The position numbers were made by a program, and so were the translations under genes. A stretch of DNA of 64,000 nucleotides from an uncultured Phycisphaerales bacterium (lineage in GTDB: Bacteria; Planctomycetota; Phycisphaerae; Tepidisphaerales; Tepidisphaeraceae): assembly GCA_963755915.1 (NCBI GenBank), contig CAVWLP010000002.1, forward strand, positions 2,016,001 through 2,080,000. Direction: 5' to 3'. Below are positions 41,798 to 52,492 of the stretch, piece after piece. The notes beneath the pieces were generated by a model. That model had not been told where the DNA came from. It saw nothing but the letters and a program-made list of their open reading frames with translations, and ran no database searches. Numbering within the stretch: the stretch's first letter is position 1; each line of letters opens with the position of its first letter.

Positions 41798-43952
41798 ATG
41801 CCCAATCGCCTCGCACAAGAATCCTCCCCCTACCTCCTCCAGCACGCCCACAACCCGGTCGACTGGTATCCCTGGGGCCCCGAAGCCCTCCGAAAATCCG
41901 CTCGCGAAAACAAACCCATCTTCCTCTCCGTAGGCTACAGCACCTGCTACTGGTGCCACGTCATGGAACGCGAATGCTTCGAGAGCAACGAAATCGCCGC
42001 CCAAATGAACGCCCACTTCGTCAACATCAAGGTCGATCGCGAGCAGCGCCCCGACATCGACCAGCTCTACATGACCGCCGTCCAAATCATCACCCACCAG
42101 GGCGGCTGGCCCATGAGCCTCTTCCTCACCCCCGACCTCAAACCCTTCTACGGCGGCACCTATTTCCCCCCATCCGACCGCTACGGCCGCCCCGGCTTCC
42201 CCAAAATCCTCTCCGCCGTCGCCGAAGCCTTTGCCAACCGCCGCCCCGACATCGAAGCCTCCGCCGACAATATCGTCGGCATCCTCCGCCGCCTCTCCCG
42301 TCCGCGCCGATCCCCCGACGAAATCCGCCTCGACGCAAATTCAATCCGCGACCTCATCCACCGCTCCCTCTCCGATTACGACCAGACCAACGGCGGCTTC
42401 GGCTCCGCCCCCAAATTCCCCCGCGAAACCCTCCTGGAACTCCTCCTCACCTATCTCCGCGCCGACCCCGACCCCGCCCTCACACAAATCCTGATCCACT
42501 CCCTGAAATCCATGGCCCACGGCGGAATCCGCGACCATCTCGGCGGTGGCTTCCATCGCTACAGCACCGACGCCCGCTGGCTCATCCCCCACTTCGAAAT
42601 CATGCTCTACGACAACGCCATGCTCCTCTGGACCTACGCCGAGGCCCACGAGCAAACGCGCGACCCCGAGTTCGCCCTCATCGCCCGCGGCATCGCCGAT
42701 TTCATCCTCCGCGAAATGACCTCCGAATCCGGCGGTTTCTTTACAGCCTTAGACGCCGAGGTCGACGGCCAGGAAGGCCAAAACTATCTCTGGACCCGCG
42801 ATGAGATTTCCCACGCCCTCACCGGCAAAACCAACGTCGAAAAATTCCTCCGCGCCTACGGCCTCGATCAAGGCCCCAATTTCGCCGACCCCCACCACGG
42901 CGATGGCCTCCCCGACCGCAACGTCCTCTTCCTCGCCGAAGACTCCTCCGCCCTCACCGATCCCGACCTGGAGAATTCCCGAAAAATCCTCCACGAACTC
43001 CGCCGCGCCCGAAAACAACCCCGCCTCGACAACAAAATTCTCATCAGTTGGAACGCCCTGATGATCCGCGCCCTCGCCCACGCCGGCGAAATCCTCCACG
43101 AGCCGAAATACTCACAAGCCGCCGAAAATGCGCCGATTTCCTCTTAAGCAGCAGTAGGGGGGCGCCCATCCCAAACTCCTCGACGACTTTGCCTTCCTCA
43201 TCCACGCACTTCTCTCCCTCCCCAATCGCCGCGATCGTGCCGCTGAACTCGCCAAAACCATGCTCGATCTTTTCGAAGACCCGCGCGGCGGCCTCTATTT
43301 CACCCCCGAAAACGCCACCGACCTGATCGTCCGCCAGATGATCGGCACCGACAGCCCCCTCCCCAGCGGCAACGCCGTCGCCGCCATGGCCCTGATCGAC
43401 CTCGGCAATTTCCCCGCCGCCGCAAACATCATCTCCGCCTTCGCCGCGCAATTAACCGACGCCGCCGAAAGCATGAGCGCCCTCATCCAAGCGGCCCTCC
43501 TCTATATCCGCGCCCACGGCCCCCTCACCGCCCCCGGCGACAACGAAATCGCCGGCCCCAAACCCCCCTCGCAACTCTCATCCGAGCTCGTCGATTTACA
43601 CCCCACCTGGGACGGCCCCATCCTTCGCATCCGCTGCCACGTCCACAACGACTACCACCTGAATCCCCACGACGCCCCCATCGAACCCACACGGCTGACG
43701 ATCTCCGGCCCCCAGCCGGAAAAAATCGAATATCCCCCCGGCCAACTCTCCAACGATTTCGAAATCCTCGTAAAATTCCCCTCCCCCGTCACCACCCCGA
43801 TCCAACTCCACCTCCGCTACCAACCTTGCGATTCCACCTCCTGCCTCCCCCCCGCAACGCACACCGCGGACGTCCCCAATCCGCCAACGCGCATTACCCC
43901 CTCGTCCAGTACTCTGGGAGAGGGTCGGGGTGAGGGCCCCAAAAAAATCTGA
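41798..43952 (+). CDS. Thioredoxin-domain YyaL/SPATA20 family protein with C-terminal DsbD-N-like domain, frameshift near 43130
   Basis: [48 protein letters not shown] and YQPCD...CLPP in ORF 43260..43952. Confidence 0.9.
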
Positions 43953-44001
43953 ACCACCAACACCGTCCCCCGCGCCACACTCCCCGCCTCTTCCCGCTCC
44001 C

Positions 44002-44128
44002 CACCTCAAAGCCGCCCCGACCGTCACCAGGCCAGCCATGTGCCCTCCCAGCGGAACCGCTCGTGATATACGAGTAAGCGCCTCTCCTCGTCACCAACAC
44101 CATAACCGATAAAAATCTTCCTCTTCTT
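44002..44128. repeat. ~128-nt dispersed element, copy 2
   Basis: See 4651-4779. Confidence 0.85.
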
Positions 44129-44196
44129 CCCCCTCTTAATCACGCGCCCATCGCAGAATTGAACCCTTCCCCGCTTTTGACTAATGTCCCCCCTCT

Positions 44197-45724
44197 ATGA
44201 TCCCAACTTCCGCCGAAATCGAAATCTCAGTAACCGACCGCCTCCCCCCCAACCTCCCGGCAATCGTGATCTTCCTCCCCCAAGACGAAAAATCCGCTCC
44301 CCCCTCCGCCAAGCGCACCTCCCCCGAAATCGCCGCCGCCGTCAATCGTCTCATCTCCGCCCAAGCCGCCACCGGCAAGCCCCGCGAAATCGTCTTCGAC
44401 CTGAAAGGCGAAGGAAAAAAATCACAGCGCATCTACGTCGCCGGCCTGGGCAAACCCGCCGACATCACCCCGGAGATTATCCGCCAATCCGCCGGCGCAA
44501 TATTCGCGCCTTACGCAAACACCGCATCCCCCGCGCCGCCGTCTGCCTCCCCGAGGTCAAAGGAATCTCCGCGGATGTCATCGCCGACGCCGTCGCCACC
44601 GGCCTCTCCCTCGCCGCCTTCGACTATCGCGAATTCAAAGGCACCGCCTCAAAAGAAAAGGAAAAAGACCCCCCAAAAAAATTCACCATCACTCTCTTCA
44701 CCGACAAACTTTCCGATGCCCGTCCCGCCGTCGACCGCTCAAAAATCGTCTCCACCGCCCAGAATTTCGCCCGCACCATCGCCTCCCGTCCCGGCAACAA
44801 CATCAACCCCCCATCCCTCGCCAAAGTTGCCCAGGCCATGTCCCGCGAAGCCGGTCTCCGCTGCACCATCATGGACGAAAAACAGCTCGCCCGCCTCGGC
44901 ATGGGCGGCATCCTCGCGGTAGGGGGGGAAGCATCCAAACCCCTCCAAGAATGATTGTGTTGGAACATGCCCCGCGCAATCGCCGCGGAAAAACTCTCAT
45001 GGCCGTCGGAAAAGCCATCACCTTCGACGCCGGTGGAATCTCCATCAAGCCCGCCGACAAAATGGGAAAAATGATCTTCGACAAATGCGGCGCCATGGCC
45101 GTCCTCGGCTTCATGTATGCCGCCGCCAAACTAAAACTCCCCATCCACATCGTCGGCATCCTCGCCAGCGCCGAAAACATCCTCAGCTCCCGCGCCTATC
45201 GCCCCGGCGACATCCTCAAAATGCATAACGGCGTCACCGTCGAAGTCACCAACACCGACGCCGAAGGCCGCCTCGTCCTCGGCGACGCTCTCTCCTGGGG
45301 CATCCAAACCTATAAACCCGCCGCCGTCGTCGACCTCGCCACCCTCACCGGCGGCGTCATCGTCGCCCTCGGCCGCTCCATCGCCGGCGTCATGAGCAAC
45401 AACGACGCCCTCGTAAAAGACCTGACCGAAGCCGGAAAAACCGAAGGCGAAAAAATCTGGCGCCTCCCCCTCGAGCAGGAGCACAAAGATTTCATCAAGT
45501 CCGACACCGCCGACATCGTCAACGCCGGTGGCCGCGAGGCCCACACCATCCAGGGCGGCGCTTTCCTCAGTTATTTTGTCCCCTCCGACGACTCCGTCCC
45601 CTGGGCCCACCTCGACATCGCCGGCGTCGCCGACACCGACAAAGAGCTCCCCTATTACGCCTCCGGCGCCACCGGCTGGGGCGTCCGCACCCTCATCCGC
45701 TGGGCCGAGTCCCACTCCCGCTAA
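44197..45724 (+). CDS. pepA: Leucyl aminopeptidase (M17), frameshifts near 44500 and 44925
   Basis: PGNNINP, LGMGGILAVG; VGKAITFDAGGISIK, DKCG, NTDAEGRLVL.D, DLATLTG, WAHLDIAG. Confidence 0.93.
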
Positions 45725-45958
45725 TTCGTCGACCGCACTCCCGAAACATCCCCTTTCTTGTTTAGCCGCAACCCCGCAGGGGTGCGCTTTCCGCCCCAAC
45801 GAATCCTCCCGTGCGACTATTCCCCCAAGCCGCGCATGGTTATCCTTTACCCCTCTTACCCCCTCGCCCGGTACTCCGGGAGAGGGTTGGGGTGAGGGCC
45901 TTGAAAAAATTTCAAAATGAACGCGATCGCCGATTTTTCAATCAACCGGAGAACCTAA

Positions 45959-46861
45959 ATGACCTCATCCGCTGTGACCCTATTGTCGATCCTCTTTTCC
46001 GTCCTGGTCCCCCAGAAAATGTGGTACGCCCCAGTCCAGCCCCTCACCATCTCCAACAAATCCGACAAACCAATCGCCCTCGAGCTAACTGATTTCACCG
46101 GCAAAGTCGTCTCCCCCAAATCCGCCGCCGACGTCGCCGCAGGCGCATCCGTAGATCTCAAATCCCTCTATCCCGACACCGCCAACCCCGACACCTGGCT
46201 CCTCTACGCCCTCCCCGCCGGCGGCAACACGACCCAAGCCCCCGCCCCCAAAGACTTCCTTGGCACCCCCCTGGTCATCGAATCCCGCCCCCAACAGCAA
46301 AACCCCACCTCCGTAGTGGTAACCCACATCCTCCCCCTCCAATACGCGATCATGACCACCGATTCCGGCCCCCTCACCGAGGTCTTCTATTACGACGTCG
46401 CCCCCAACACGGTGGAAAATTTCCTCTCCCTGGCCGGCGGCGGATACTACGACGGCCTCGTCTTCCACCGCGTTGTCCCCGGTTTCGTCATCCAGGGCGG
46501 CGACCCCCTCGGCGCCGACCCCGACCCCCAAAAACGCGGCACCGGTGGCCCCGGCTACACCATCGTCTCCGAGTTCAACGACCATCCCCACCTCGAAGGC
46601 GTCCTCTCCATGGCCCGAGCCCAGGACCCCAACAGCGCCGGCAGCCAGTTCTTCGTCTGCCTCAACTACGCCCAGACCCAGCAGCTCGACCACCAGTACA
46701 CCGCCTTCGGAAAAGTCGTCGAAGGAATGGACGCCGTAAAATCCATCGCCGCCGCCAAAGTAGACGGCGAAACCCCCGAGCACCCCGTCGCCATCCAAAA
46801 GGTCGAAATCTTCCCCGTCACCGCAGCAAAGGATCCCTACACCTCCATCATGTCGCAATAG
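45959..46861 (+). CDS. Cyclophilin-type peptidyl-prolyl isomerase with N-terminal extension
   Basis: APNTVENF, YDGLVFHRVVPGFVIQGGDP, SMARAQDPNSAGSQFF. Confidence 0.92.
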   Translation: MTSSAVTLLSILFSVLVPQKMWYAPVQPLTISNKSDKPIALELTDFTGKVVSPKSAADVAAGASVDLKSLYPDTANPDTWLLYALPAGGNTTQAPAPKDFLGTPLVIESRPQQQNPTSVVVTHILPLQYAIMTTDSGPLTEVFYYDVAPNTVENFLSLAGGGYYDGLVFHRVVPGFVIQGGDPLGADPDPQKRGTGGPGYTIVSEFNDHPHLEGVLSMARAQDPNSAGSQFFVCLNYAQTQQLDHQYTAFGKVVEGMDAVKSIAAAKVDGETPEHPVAIQKVEIFPVTAAKDPYTSIMSQ

Positions 46862-47138
46862 AAATTCAAACCCCCATCTGCCCCCTCTCCCAGTACCCTG
46901 GGAGAGGGCAAGCGGCGCCAGCCCGCGCGGGTGAGGGCCCCCAGTGGCGTCCGACTCTTCGCAGAACTCCTCCCCTATCAATTTCTTTGCATTCTCACCC
47001 CTCAAAAAATAATTCCCGCCGGATTTATCAAAAAATAGGTACTAAACGTGCACCTCCGGACCCGTATATAGAGGCGTGATGTTTTTTCCACCTCTACTCT
47101 CAACTTTCTACTCTCTACCCACTAACCCGGAGGGTCCC

Positions 47139-47675
47139 ATGTCCGTCCTTTGCAAATCCCCAATCTCAAAATTCAGCGCCCAGCTCCCCGCTCCTCCCCA
47201 ATCTGAAATCTCAAATTTCAAATCTGAAATCCCCTCCCCTCCCTCCACACTTTCCCCCAAAAGTGGGAAATTTTGGGAAAATGTGAGTAATCTGCGTTCT
47301 TTTAAGCTTACCGAACTCCAGTTACTCGCCCTCGACCACACCCTCCGCGGCGTCAACGATTCCCGCATCGCCGAAATCCTCGGTATCACCCGTAGAACCC
47401 TCTGGAATTGGAAAACCTTCAACGAAGACTACCGCCGCGCCCTCGCCGAGGGTCGCGCCGCCCTTCACGCCGCCGTCGTCGATCGGCTCCAGGCCGCCTC
47501 CGCCAAAAGCCTCGACGCCCTCGACGATCTGCTCGATGATTGTGACCCAAAGACCCGCCTCCACGCCGCCCAAACCACTCTGCGCCGCCGCCGCCCTCAA
47601 ACCCAAACTTCCCGAACATCAATACCACACCCCTCAATCCCTCCACGTCGGAATCGTCACCGCGCCCCCCGGTAA
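47139..47675 (+). CDS. Helix-turn-helix protein (terminase-small-subunit-like)
   Basis: LTELQ..AL...G..D..IAEILGITRRTLWNWK, then helical RL.AA; SD GGAGG. Confidence 0.6.
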   Translation: MSVLCKSPISKFSAQLPAPPQSEISNFKSEIPSPPSTLSPKSGKFWENVSNLRSFKLTELQLLALDHTLRGVNDSRIAEILGITRRTLWNWKTFNEDYRRALAEGRAALHAAVVDRLQAASAKSLDALDDLLDDCDPKTRLHAAQTTLRRRRPQTQTSRTSIPHPSIPPRRNRHRAPR

Positions 47676-47890
47676 CCCCGGGGAGTGTTAGGGAGGGGGT
47701 CGATTTATCGCCGGTTCACACGCTCGCGTGACCGATCCCTCATGATCGGATATAAAGTAGCGCTCCTCCTCTTTATCCCCTCCCCTGGTACTCCGGGGGA
47801 GGGTTAGGGTGGGGGCTCGAATACCAATCGACGAGGATCTCAGCAGACCGATTTCATTCGTCATTCGAATTTCGCTAATGCGGCCGCCCC

Positions 47891-48000
47891 GCGGGGCGGC
47901 CGGGTCCGATGCAAGGGTTGGCCGCGAACCGGGTCAGGTCCGAGAGGAAGCAGCCCTAAGTGTCTCCAGCTTTGTGCCGTCGTGTCCCCGGCCGCTCCGC
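47891..48000 (+). ncRNA. ffs: Signal recognition particle RNA (small 4.5S type)
   Basis: Conserved core GGTCAGGTCCGAGAGGAAGCAGCC; closing stem GCGGGGCGGCCGGG / CCCGGCCGCTCCGC. Confidence 0.92.
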
Positions 48001-48177
48001 CGGGCGTCCTTTTGCCCACAAATAAGCGGACCACCCGGAATTGTCTGATCGGGTGGTCCGCTCGGCACAGTCTAACTTGCAAAGCCTGATTCGCTCACGC
48101 CTCCTTCCCGTTTAGCCGCGACCCGAAGGGGAGCGCTTAGCACGTTGCTCCTGAATCGCGGTCCCACATTGAAAACA

Positions 48178-49107
48178 TCAAGCCCGCCGCCGCCGCCGCA
48201 TCAGCAGCACCGCCCCGACGCCGATCAGCGAGAATGACGCCGGCTCGGGAACGGCATTGGGTTCGAAATCGTACGTGGTGTTAACGCCGCCTACGCCGAT
48301 CGTGAAGGCATCCACGTAGCCCTGAAAGTTATCGCTGGGACTTGTAAAGCCCACCTGCAGCGCAATTCCACCTAGGCCCGCATAGCCGCCGTTTTCGATG
48401 GTTGCGTCCGGATAGTCCGCGATGAATGTGGAAAGGGGCTGCACGCCAGGCAAGCCGGGTCCTTCGGGAGCGCCCGGAGAGGAAATTGCAGGGCCCGTAC
48501 CGCCGTTACCGGAGCCGGGGCTGTTATTATCCCACCAGGCCCCATCTTCGGCATCCCACAACTGCCACTGGCCTAGCGCCGGCGGCCCCTGATTATTAGT
48601 GATCATTGTGGGATTGCCGGTACTCGGTTGCTGGTAAGGCGGCTCGAAGAACAGTGTATCGACCGTATTCGCCGACGCGCCGCCGTCGCCCGTGTTATCG
48701 ATCAAACCGGTGTTAATCGAAATCCCCAGATACGGGAATTGCTGACCGTTGTTGGTCACGTCGTATGCGTAATAGCTCAGTGCAGTGACGGAGCTGAGCA
48801 GCGTTCCATCGAATTGTTCGGTGGCGATGGCCGCAGCGCCGTCGCCGGCCCCGGGAGCTGTCGCCAGTTCGGCGCTGCCGACGCCAAGCGGCGGGGTCGC
48901 CGGGCCGTAGACCATCGCAGCCGTGCCATAATATGGACTGCTGGGGTCTGTGACGATGTTTCCATTACCGTCAAATGAATTGAGAGTCCACCCCTGCATA
49001 TTCGCCGGACTGACGACAACTTCCGCGCCGGCGGTTTTCGTAAGCGCGGAAACCGCAGCCAGTGCCATTCCGCCCAAAATTCGTTGATAGAGTTTGCTTG
49101 TTTTCAT
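48178..49107 (-). CDS. PEP-CTERM sorting domain protein
   Basis: Signal peptide; C-term VPEPASFSLIGVGAVLLMRRRRRA. Confidence 0.92.
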   Translation of the reverse strand: MKTSKLYQRILGGMALAAVSALTKTAGAEVVVSPANMQGWTLNSFDGNGNIVTDPSSPYYGTAAMVYGPATPPLGVGSAELATAPGAGDGAAAIATEQFDGTLLSSVTALSYYAYDVTNNGQQFPYLGISINTGLIDNTGDGGASANTVDTLFFEPPYQQPSTGNPTMITNNQGPPALGQWQLWDAEDGAWWDNNSPGSGNGGTGPAISSPGAPEGPGLPGVQPLSTFIADYPDATIENGGYAGLGGIALQVGFTSPSDNFQGYVDAFTIGVGGVNTTYDFEPNAVPEPASFSLIGVGAVLLMRRRRRA

Positions 49108-49239
49108 AAGTGTTCTCCTTGTTTGCTTTCCATGTATTTAAAATTCGCTCTCCTGAAGTCGTGGTGACTCGCAGAGAAGAGCGTTCGAATTTTCCCTGCG
49201 TCGCTCCGCGCCCTCCAACATGGAGGACGATTTCATCTT

Positions 49240-50064
49240 TTAACTTTTGATCGTCCCCCTTCGCCGCCGCATCAACGCCAGCGCACCCAGTCCCAGAACG
49301 CTGAAGCTCGCCGGCTCGGGTACGGCGCTTACCGCGCCGAAGGTCGCGTTATAAGTGTCGTTGAAGTTGTAAGTTTCCAGATACACCGCATTCAGATCCG
49401 GATTTGAAATTGCCGTGTCCGGCTCCGTATAGACCGTCGACCCGTTGATGCCGTACACGAAATCGCTCCCGTTGAACGTAATGCTCAAGCTGTTCCAGCC
49501 CGCACTCACCGGTGCGCTTAGATCGACCCAGTTGTCGTTGTTCGGATCGTTGATATTGTCGTTCCATACCTGCCACCGCACGCTTCGGTCCGTCGCGCTC
49601 GCGTCGTGACTGTCCGCGTAGGTGTCGCTGACATTGGTAATGTCGATAATCGGGTAATAATTCTGATCGACCGTCGATGTCCATATCCCTTCCCGCTCCT
49701 GCGGGCTTCCCGCCGTCGTGGTCATCATGTCCGGCGTTACGTAGATGCTCCCGAAAACCGTCCACTCCGGATCCGCCGTCGGATCGGCCCGCGTGATCCC
49801 CTGAGTGTCGTAAAAATTATACATCGGAGGCCCAATATCCTCCGACGTTTCCGGCTGGTAAGTGGCGGGCGTAACGCCCAGCGTCACCGTGTTGCTCGCC
49901 ACCGTGATCGATGACGGCGACGCCCGGTCCACCGTCCACGCCGGGTTCAGCGTGTTTCCCGGAAAGTTGTCCGTGAAACCCGCAAGCCCCAGCGTCGGCA
50001 AAAACCCCATCACGCCGACAGGCGCCAAAACCAGAATTGCCAAATCCATCTTTTTCCGCGACAT
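49240..50064 (-). CDS. PEP-CTERM sorting domain protein
   Basis: Signal peptide; C-term VPEPASFSVLGLGALALMRRRR. Confidence 0.92.
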   Translation of the reverse strand: MSRKKMDLAILVLAPVGVMGFLPTLGLAGFTDNFPGNTLNPAWTVDRASPSSITVASNTVTLGVTPATYQPETSEDIGPPMYNFYDTQGITRADPTADPEWTVFGSIYVTPDMMTTTAGSPQEREGIWTSTVDQNYYPIIDITNVSDTYADSHDASATDRSVRWQVWNDNINDPNNDNWVDLSAPVSAGWNSLSITFNGSDFVYGINGSTVYTEPDTAISNPDLNAVYLETYNFNDTYNATFGAVSAVPEPASFSVLGLGALALMRRRRGTIKS

Positions 50065-50331
50065 TCGATCTCTCCTTTAACGGGCAAACCGGCCCGCGCG
50101 GCTTCGAGTTGCTCGAAGAAAATTTGTCTTGTCCGCGGCGGAAATCCCACCAGAGATTCCGCGCCGATCTTTACAGAGTCTTCCCGGTTGCTCCGATGAA
50201 GGCCCAGAGGCTCGCAGAGAAACGGCGTTTTTATATTTTTCTCTGCGTCGCTCTGCGCCCTCCACGATGGAGGATGACCATGGTTTCTTCTTTAACTGCC
50301 ATCAAACCCAGCAAGCTTTCATCCCAAACCT

Positions 50332-51466
50332 TCACACCGCCTTCGCAAAAATCGTCTCAACCCGATCGATGCGCCACGCCGGCGACGCCACGGGTACATT
50401 CGCCCTCGCCGCTTCGCGCTCCACCGCGCTGCGATAAAATCCCAGTGGGCTCAGCTTTGTTTCCCAAAGTTCCCGGTTCGCCAGTTGCCGCTCCCGGAAT
50501 TGGCCCGGGGTCAGCCGGGAGTGAAATTGTTTCAGAATCTCCCCGGCAAATTCGATCTCGTTCTCTTCCACCCAGACGCAGTGTTTCCGCCAGTCGATTT
50601 CGTCTTCAAACGGCAAAACACAGCGCGTGTTGATGAACAAGGGAATCCGCCCGGCAGCCAGCACTTCGTAAAACCGATACGAAAAGTTCCCGGCCCCGCG
50701 CATGCACAGCGTGTAATCAGAGTCGATCACATTGGTCCAGAAATCGTCGCGCGGACCATATTCAGCCCGGTAATTCCGATGAAAACGCCCTCGCGCCCCC
50801 GCCCAATAGGCTTGCCGCACGATAAATTTCGTTCGAACCCCGCGGTGTCTTCGCAACGCCCCCAAAACTTTCGCGCAAGCTCAGCCCCTCGGCTTTGCCC
50901 TTCCGCCCCATCAGGCGATACACCGTCCGCACAATCGGATTGCTCACGAAGCCGCAGAATCCGACCGACGGTCTTATTACTTTCTCGCGCGGAAAAATCG
51001 TCCGGCTCAATTCTTCCTGTGGATCGCAAACCTCTGCCGGCATCGCCTCTTCGTGCGCACGTCTCGTCTCCGCAAACAGCGAGTGCCGGTAAACCGTCCC
51101 ATGCGAAACTTCAACCGGTTCGTCCGCGTCTCCCCAGGAAATGAACACGCACCCGATGCCGCGCTTCCTGGCTTCAGTGGCCACTCGTTCGATGTCCGGC
51201 CCGGCATCGGCGCGATAGGGGTATATCACCACCTCAGCATCGTCGATGTCCGCCGCCTCGAAGAATTCGCAGGCTTCAGCGTTAAGCCCGTCATACTTGC
51301 ACGATTCAGGCCCCACTCCGCCCGCAGCGCCAATCAGCCCACCGGCTCGAAGCGCGGCGGCCAGGCTGATGCTCGGCTCCCGTCCTCCCGCCAGAGGAAA
51401 ATGCACCCGGATCGGGCAAGCGCCCAACTGAACTGGTGATTTGCAAAGGAACATGGCACGCTCCAA
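50332..51466 (-). CDS. Exostosin family (GT47) glycosyltransferase, frameshift near 50865; start uncertain
   Basis: VGFCGF; YTLCMRGAGNFSYRFYEVLAAGRIPLFINT.CVLPFE.EIDW. Confidence 0.8.
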
Positions 51467-51478
51467 ACATCATCGCGA

Positions 51479-51664
51479 TCAGGCTGCCTGGCTCCGGATC
51501 AGTTTCGGTTCGCTCGCCATCAGCGCCAGTCGCCGATATCCCGACGACCGCTCTCGATCGTCCATCTTCTGCAGGTCAAAACGGATTCTGTGAATCAGCG
51601 TCAGGTTTCCCGTTAGTTCCGCCGCGCCCAAAAGGGTCTCCAAAATGGCTTGTTGCTTGCTCAT
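51479..51664 (-). CDS. Small hypothetical protein (61 aa)
   Basis: MSKQQAILETLL...QAA with GGAGAG SD. Confidence 0.55.
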   Translation of the reverse strand: MSKQQAILETLLGAAELTGNLTLIHRIRFDLQKMDDRERSSGYRRLALMASEPKLIRSQAA

Positions 51665-51689
51665 GGTCTCTCTCCAGAAAAATATGTGA

Positions 51690-52172
51690 TTATGAAACTG
51701 TGTAACTTCCATTCGTCCGCGTCCGCGGCCCCCTAAGGAGGCGCCGTGCACGCTCCCCCCCATCGAATTCGCCGGAAACGAATCGCCCCGCTCGTGGCGT
51801 CGATCGCACGATCGCCGCGTACAGCGACTCATCGCATGGCGAAAAAATCGCCGCCCCGGCCGCACGCACACGCTGCTCCTCTTCCAGCGTCACCCGGTCG
51901 TCCACCAGTGCGCATTGCAGCCGCGCCTGGGCACGCCGGGCTCGCTCAAACAGAACCCACGGCCGCATGTCCGGCAGGTCCATCGTCGTCAGCAGCCAGT
52001 TGAATCGCATCAGTTTCAGCGCCGCCAGCGCATTGCGCCCGGACCCAGAAACGCTCAGCAATTCCGCTCCCAGCGAATTCACGCACGCCGGCGGAATTCC
52101 CACCGACAAGACCAACGGGCTTAATTTGCTTTCATCCGTGGTCGGCTTGAAATGTTTAAGCGGATGACTCAT
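51690..52172 (-). CDS. Degenerate receiver-like domain protein
   Basis: SGRNALAALK..RFNWLLTTMDLPDM resembles receiver a2-b3 with the phospho-Asp replaced; E..VRAAGA. Confidence 0.55.
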   Translation of the reverse strand: MSHPLKHFKPTTDESKLSPLVLSVGIPPACVNSLGAELLSVSGSGRNALAALKLMRFNWLLTTMDLPDMRPWVLFERARRAQARLQCALVDDRVTLEEEQRVRAAGAAIFSPCDESLYAAIVRSTPRAGRFVSGEFDGGERARRLLRGPRTRTNGSYTVS

Positions 52173-52184
52173 GCCCCACCTAAG

Positions 52185-52199
52185 GCGAACGCGGTGCCG
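52185..52199 (-). promoter_or_regulatory. sigma54 (-24/-12) promoter
   Basis: CGGCACCGCGTTCGC has GG-N10-GC with GGCAC core; predicted +1 at about the ATG at 52172. Confidence 0.65.
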
Positions 52200-52288
52200 C
52201 CGAGCGCAGGGACAAAAAGATTGATCACAACCAAACCCACTCAAACGAATTGCGCCCAATCCCCGCGCCCCACTGCAAAGTCCTCTCC

Positions 52289-52397
52289 ACCGACCATTCT
52301 GGTCGCCCTCACCTCATCTCAATTCCGCTAAGTCCCTTCGGGAAAAAACCTTCGAAGCCCACCGACCATTTTGTGCGCGACCGACCATCTTGGTTCA
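52289..52397. promoter_or_regulatory. Three candidate enhancer (UAS) boxes ACCGACCATYYTG
   Basis: Copies at 52289, 52361, 52380; the first contains palindromic GACCA-TTC-TGGTC. Confidence 0.6.
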
Positions 52398-52492
52398 TGA
52401 GTTCGCCACGAAATGTGCGCGAAAATGCCGACTCGGGCTCGTTACTTTTCGAGCACGATCCGTCCGTTACGATTTCACCGAATTGACGCGAA

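Noticed and set aside
47139-47675. Prophage integrated at ffs
   Set aside because: Only a lone HTH gene; no integrase, structural genes or duplicated attachment site.
50081-50110. c-di-GMP-I riboswitch (GGGCAAACC)
   Set aside because: Wrong strand for the PEP-CTERM gene and lacks the GAAA loop and GACGCAAAG elements.
908-51466. Mass pseudogenisation or programmed frameshifting in ~15 genes (glyA, pyrG, kdsB, trpC, pepA, rfbC, relE and others)
   Set aside because: Breaks are small indels, mostly in homopolymer runs, and hit essential genes with intact motifs; long-read consensus error is the simplest explanation.
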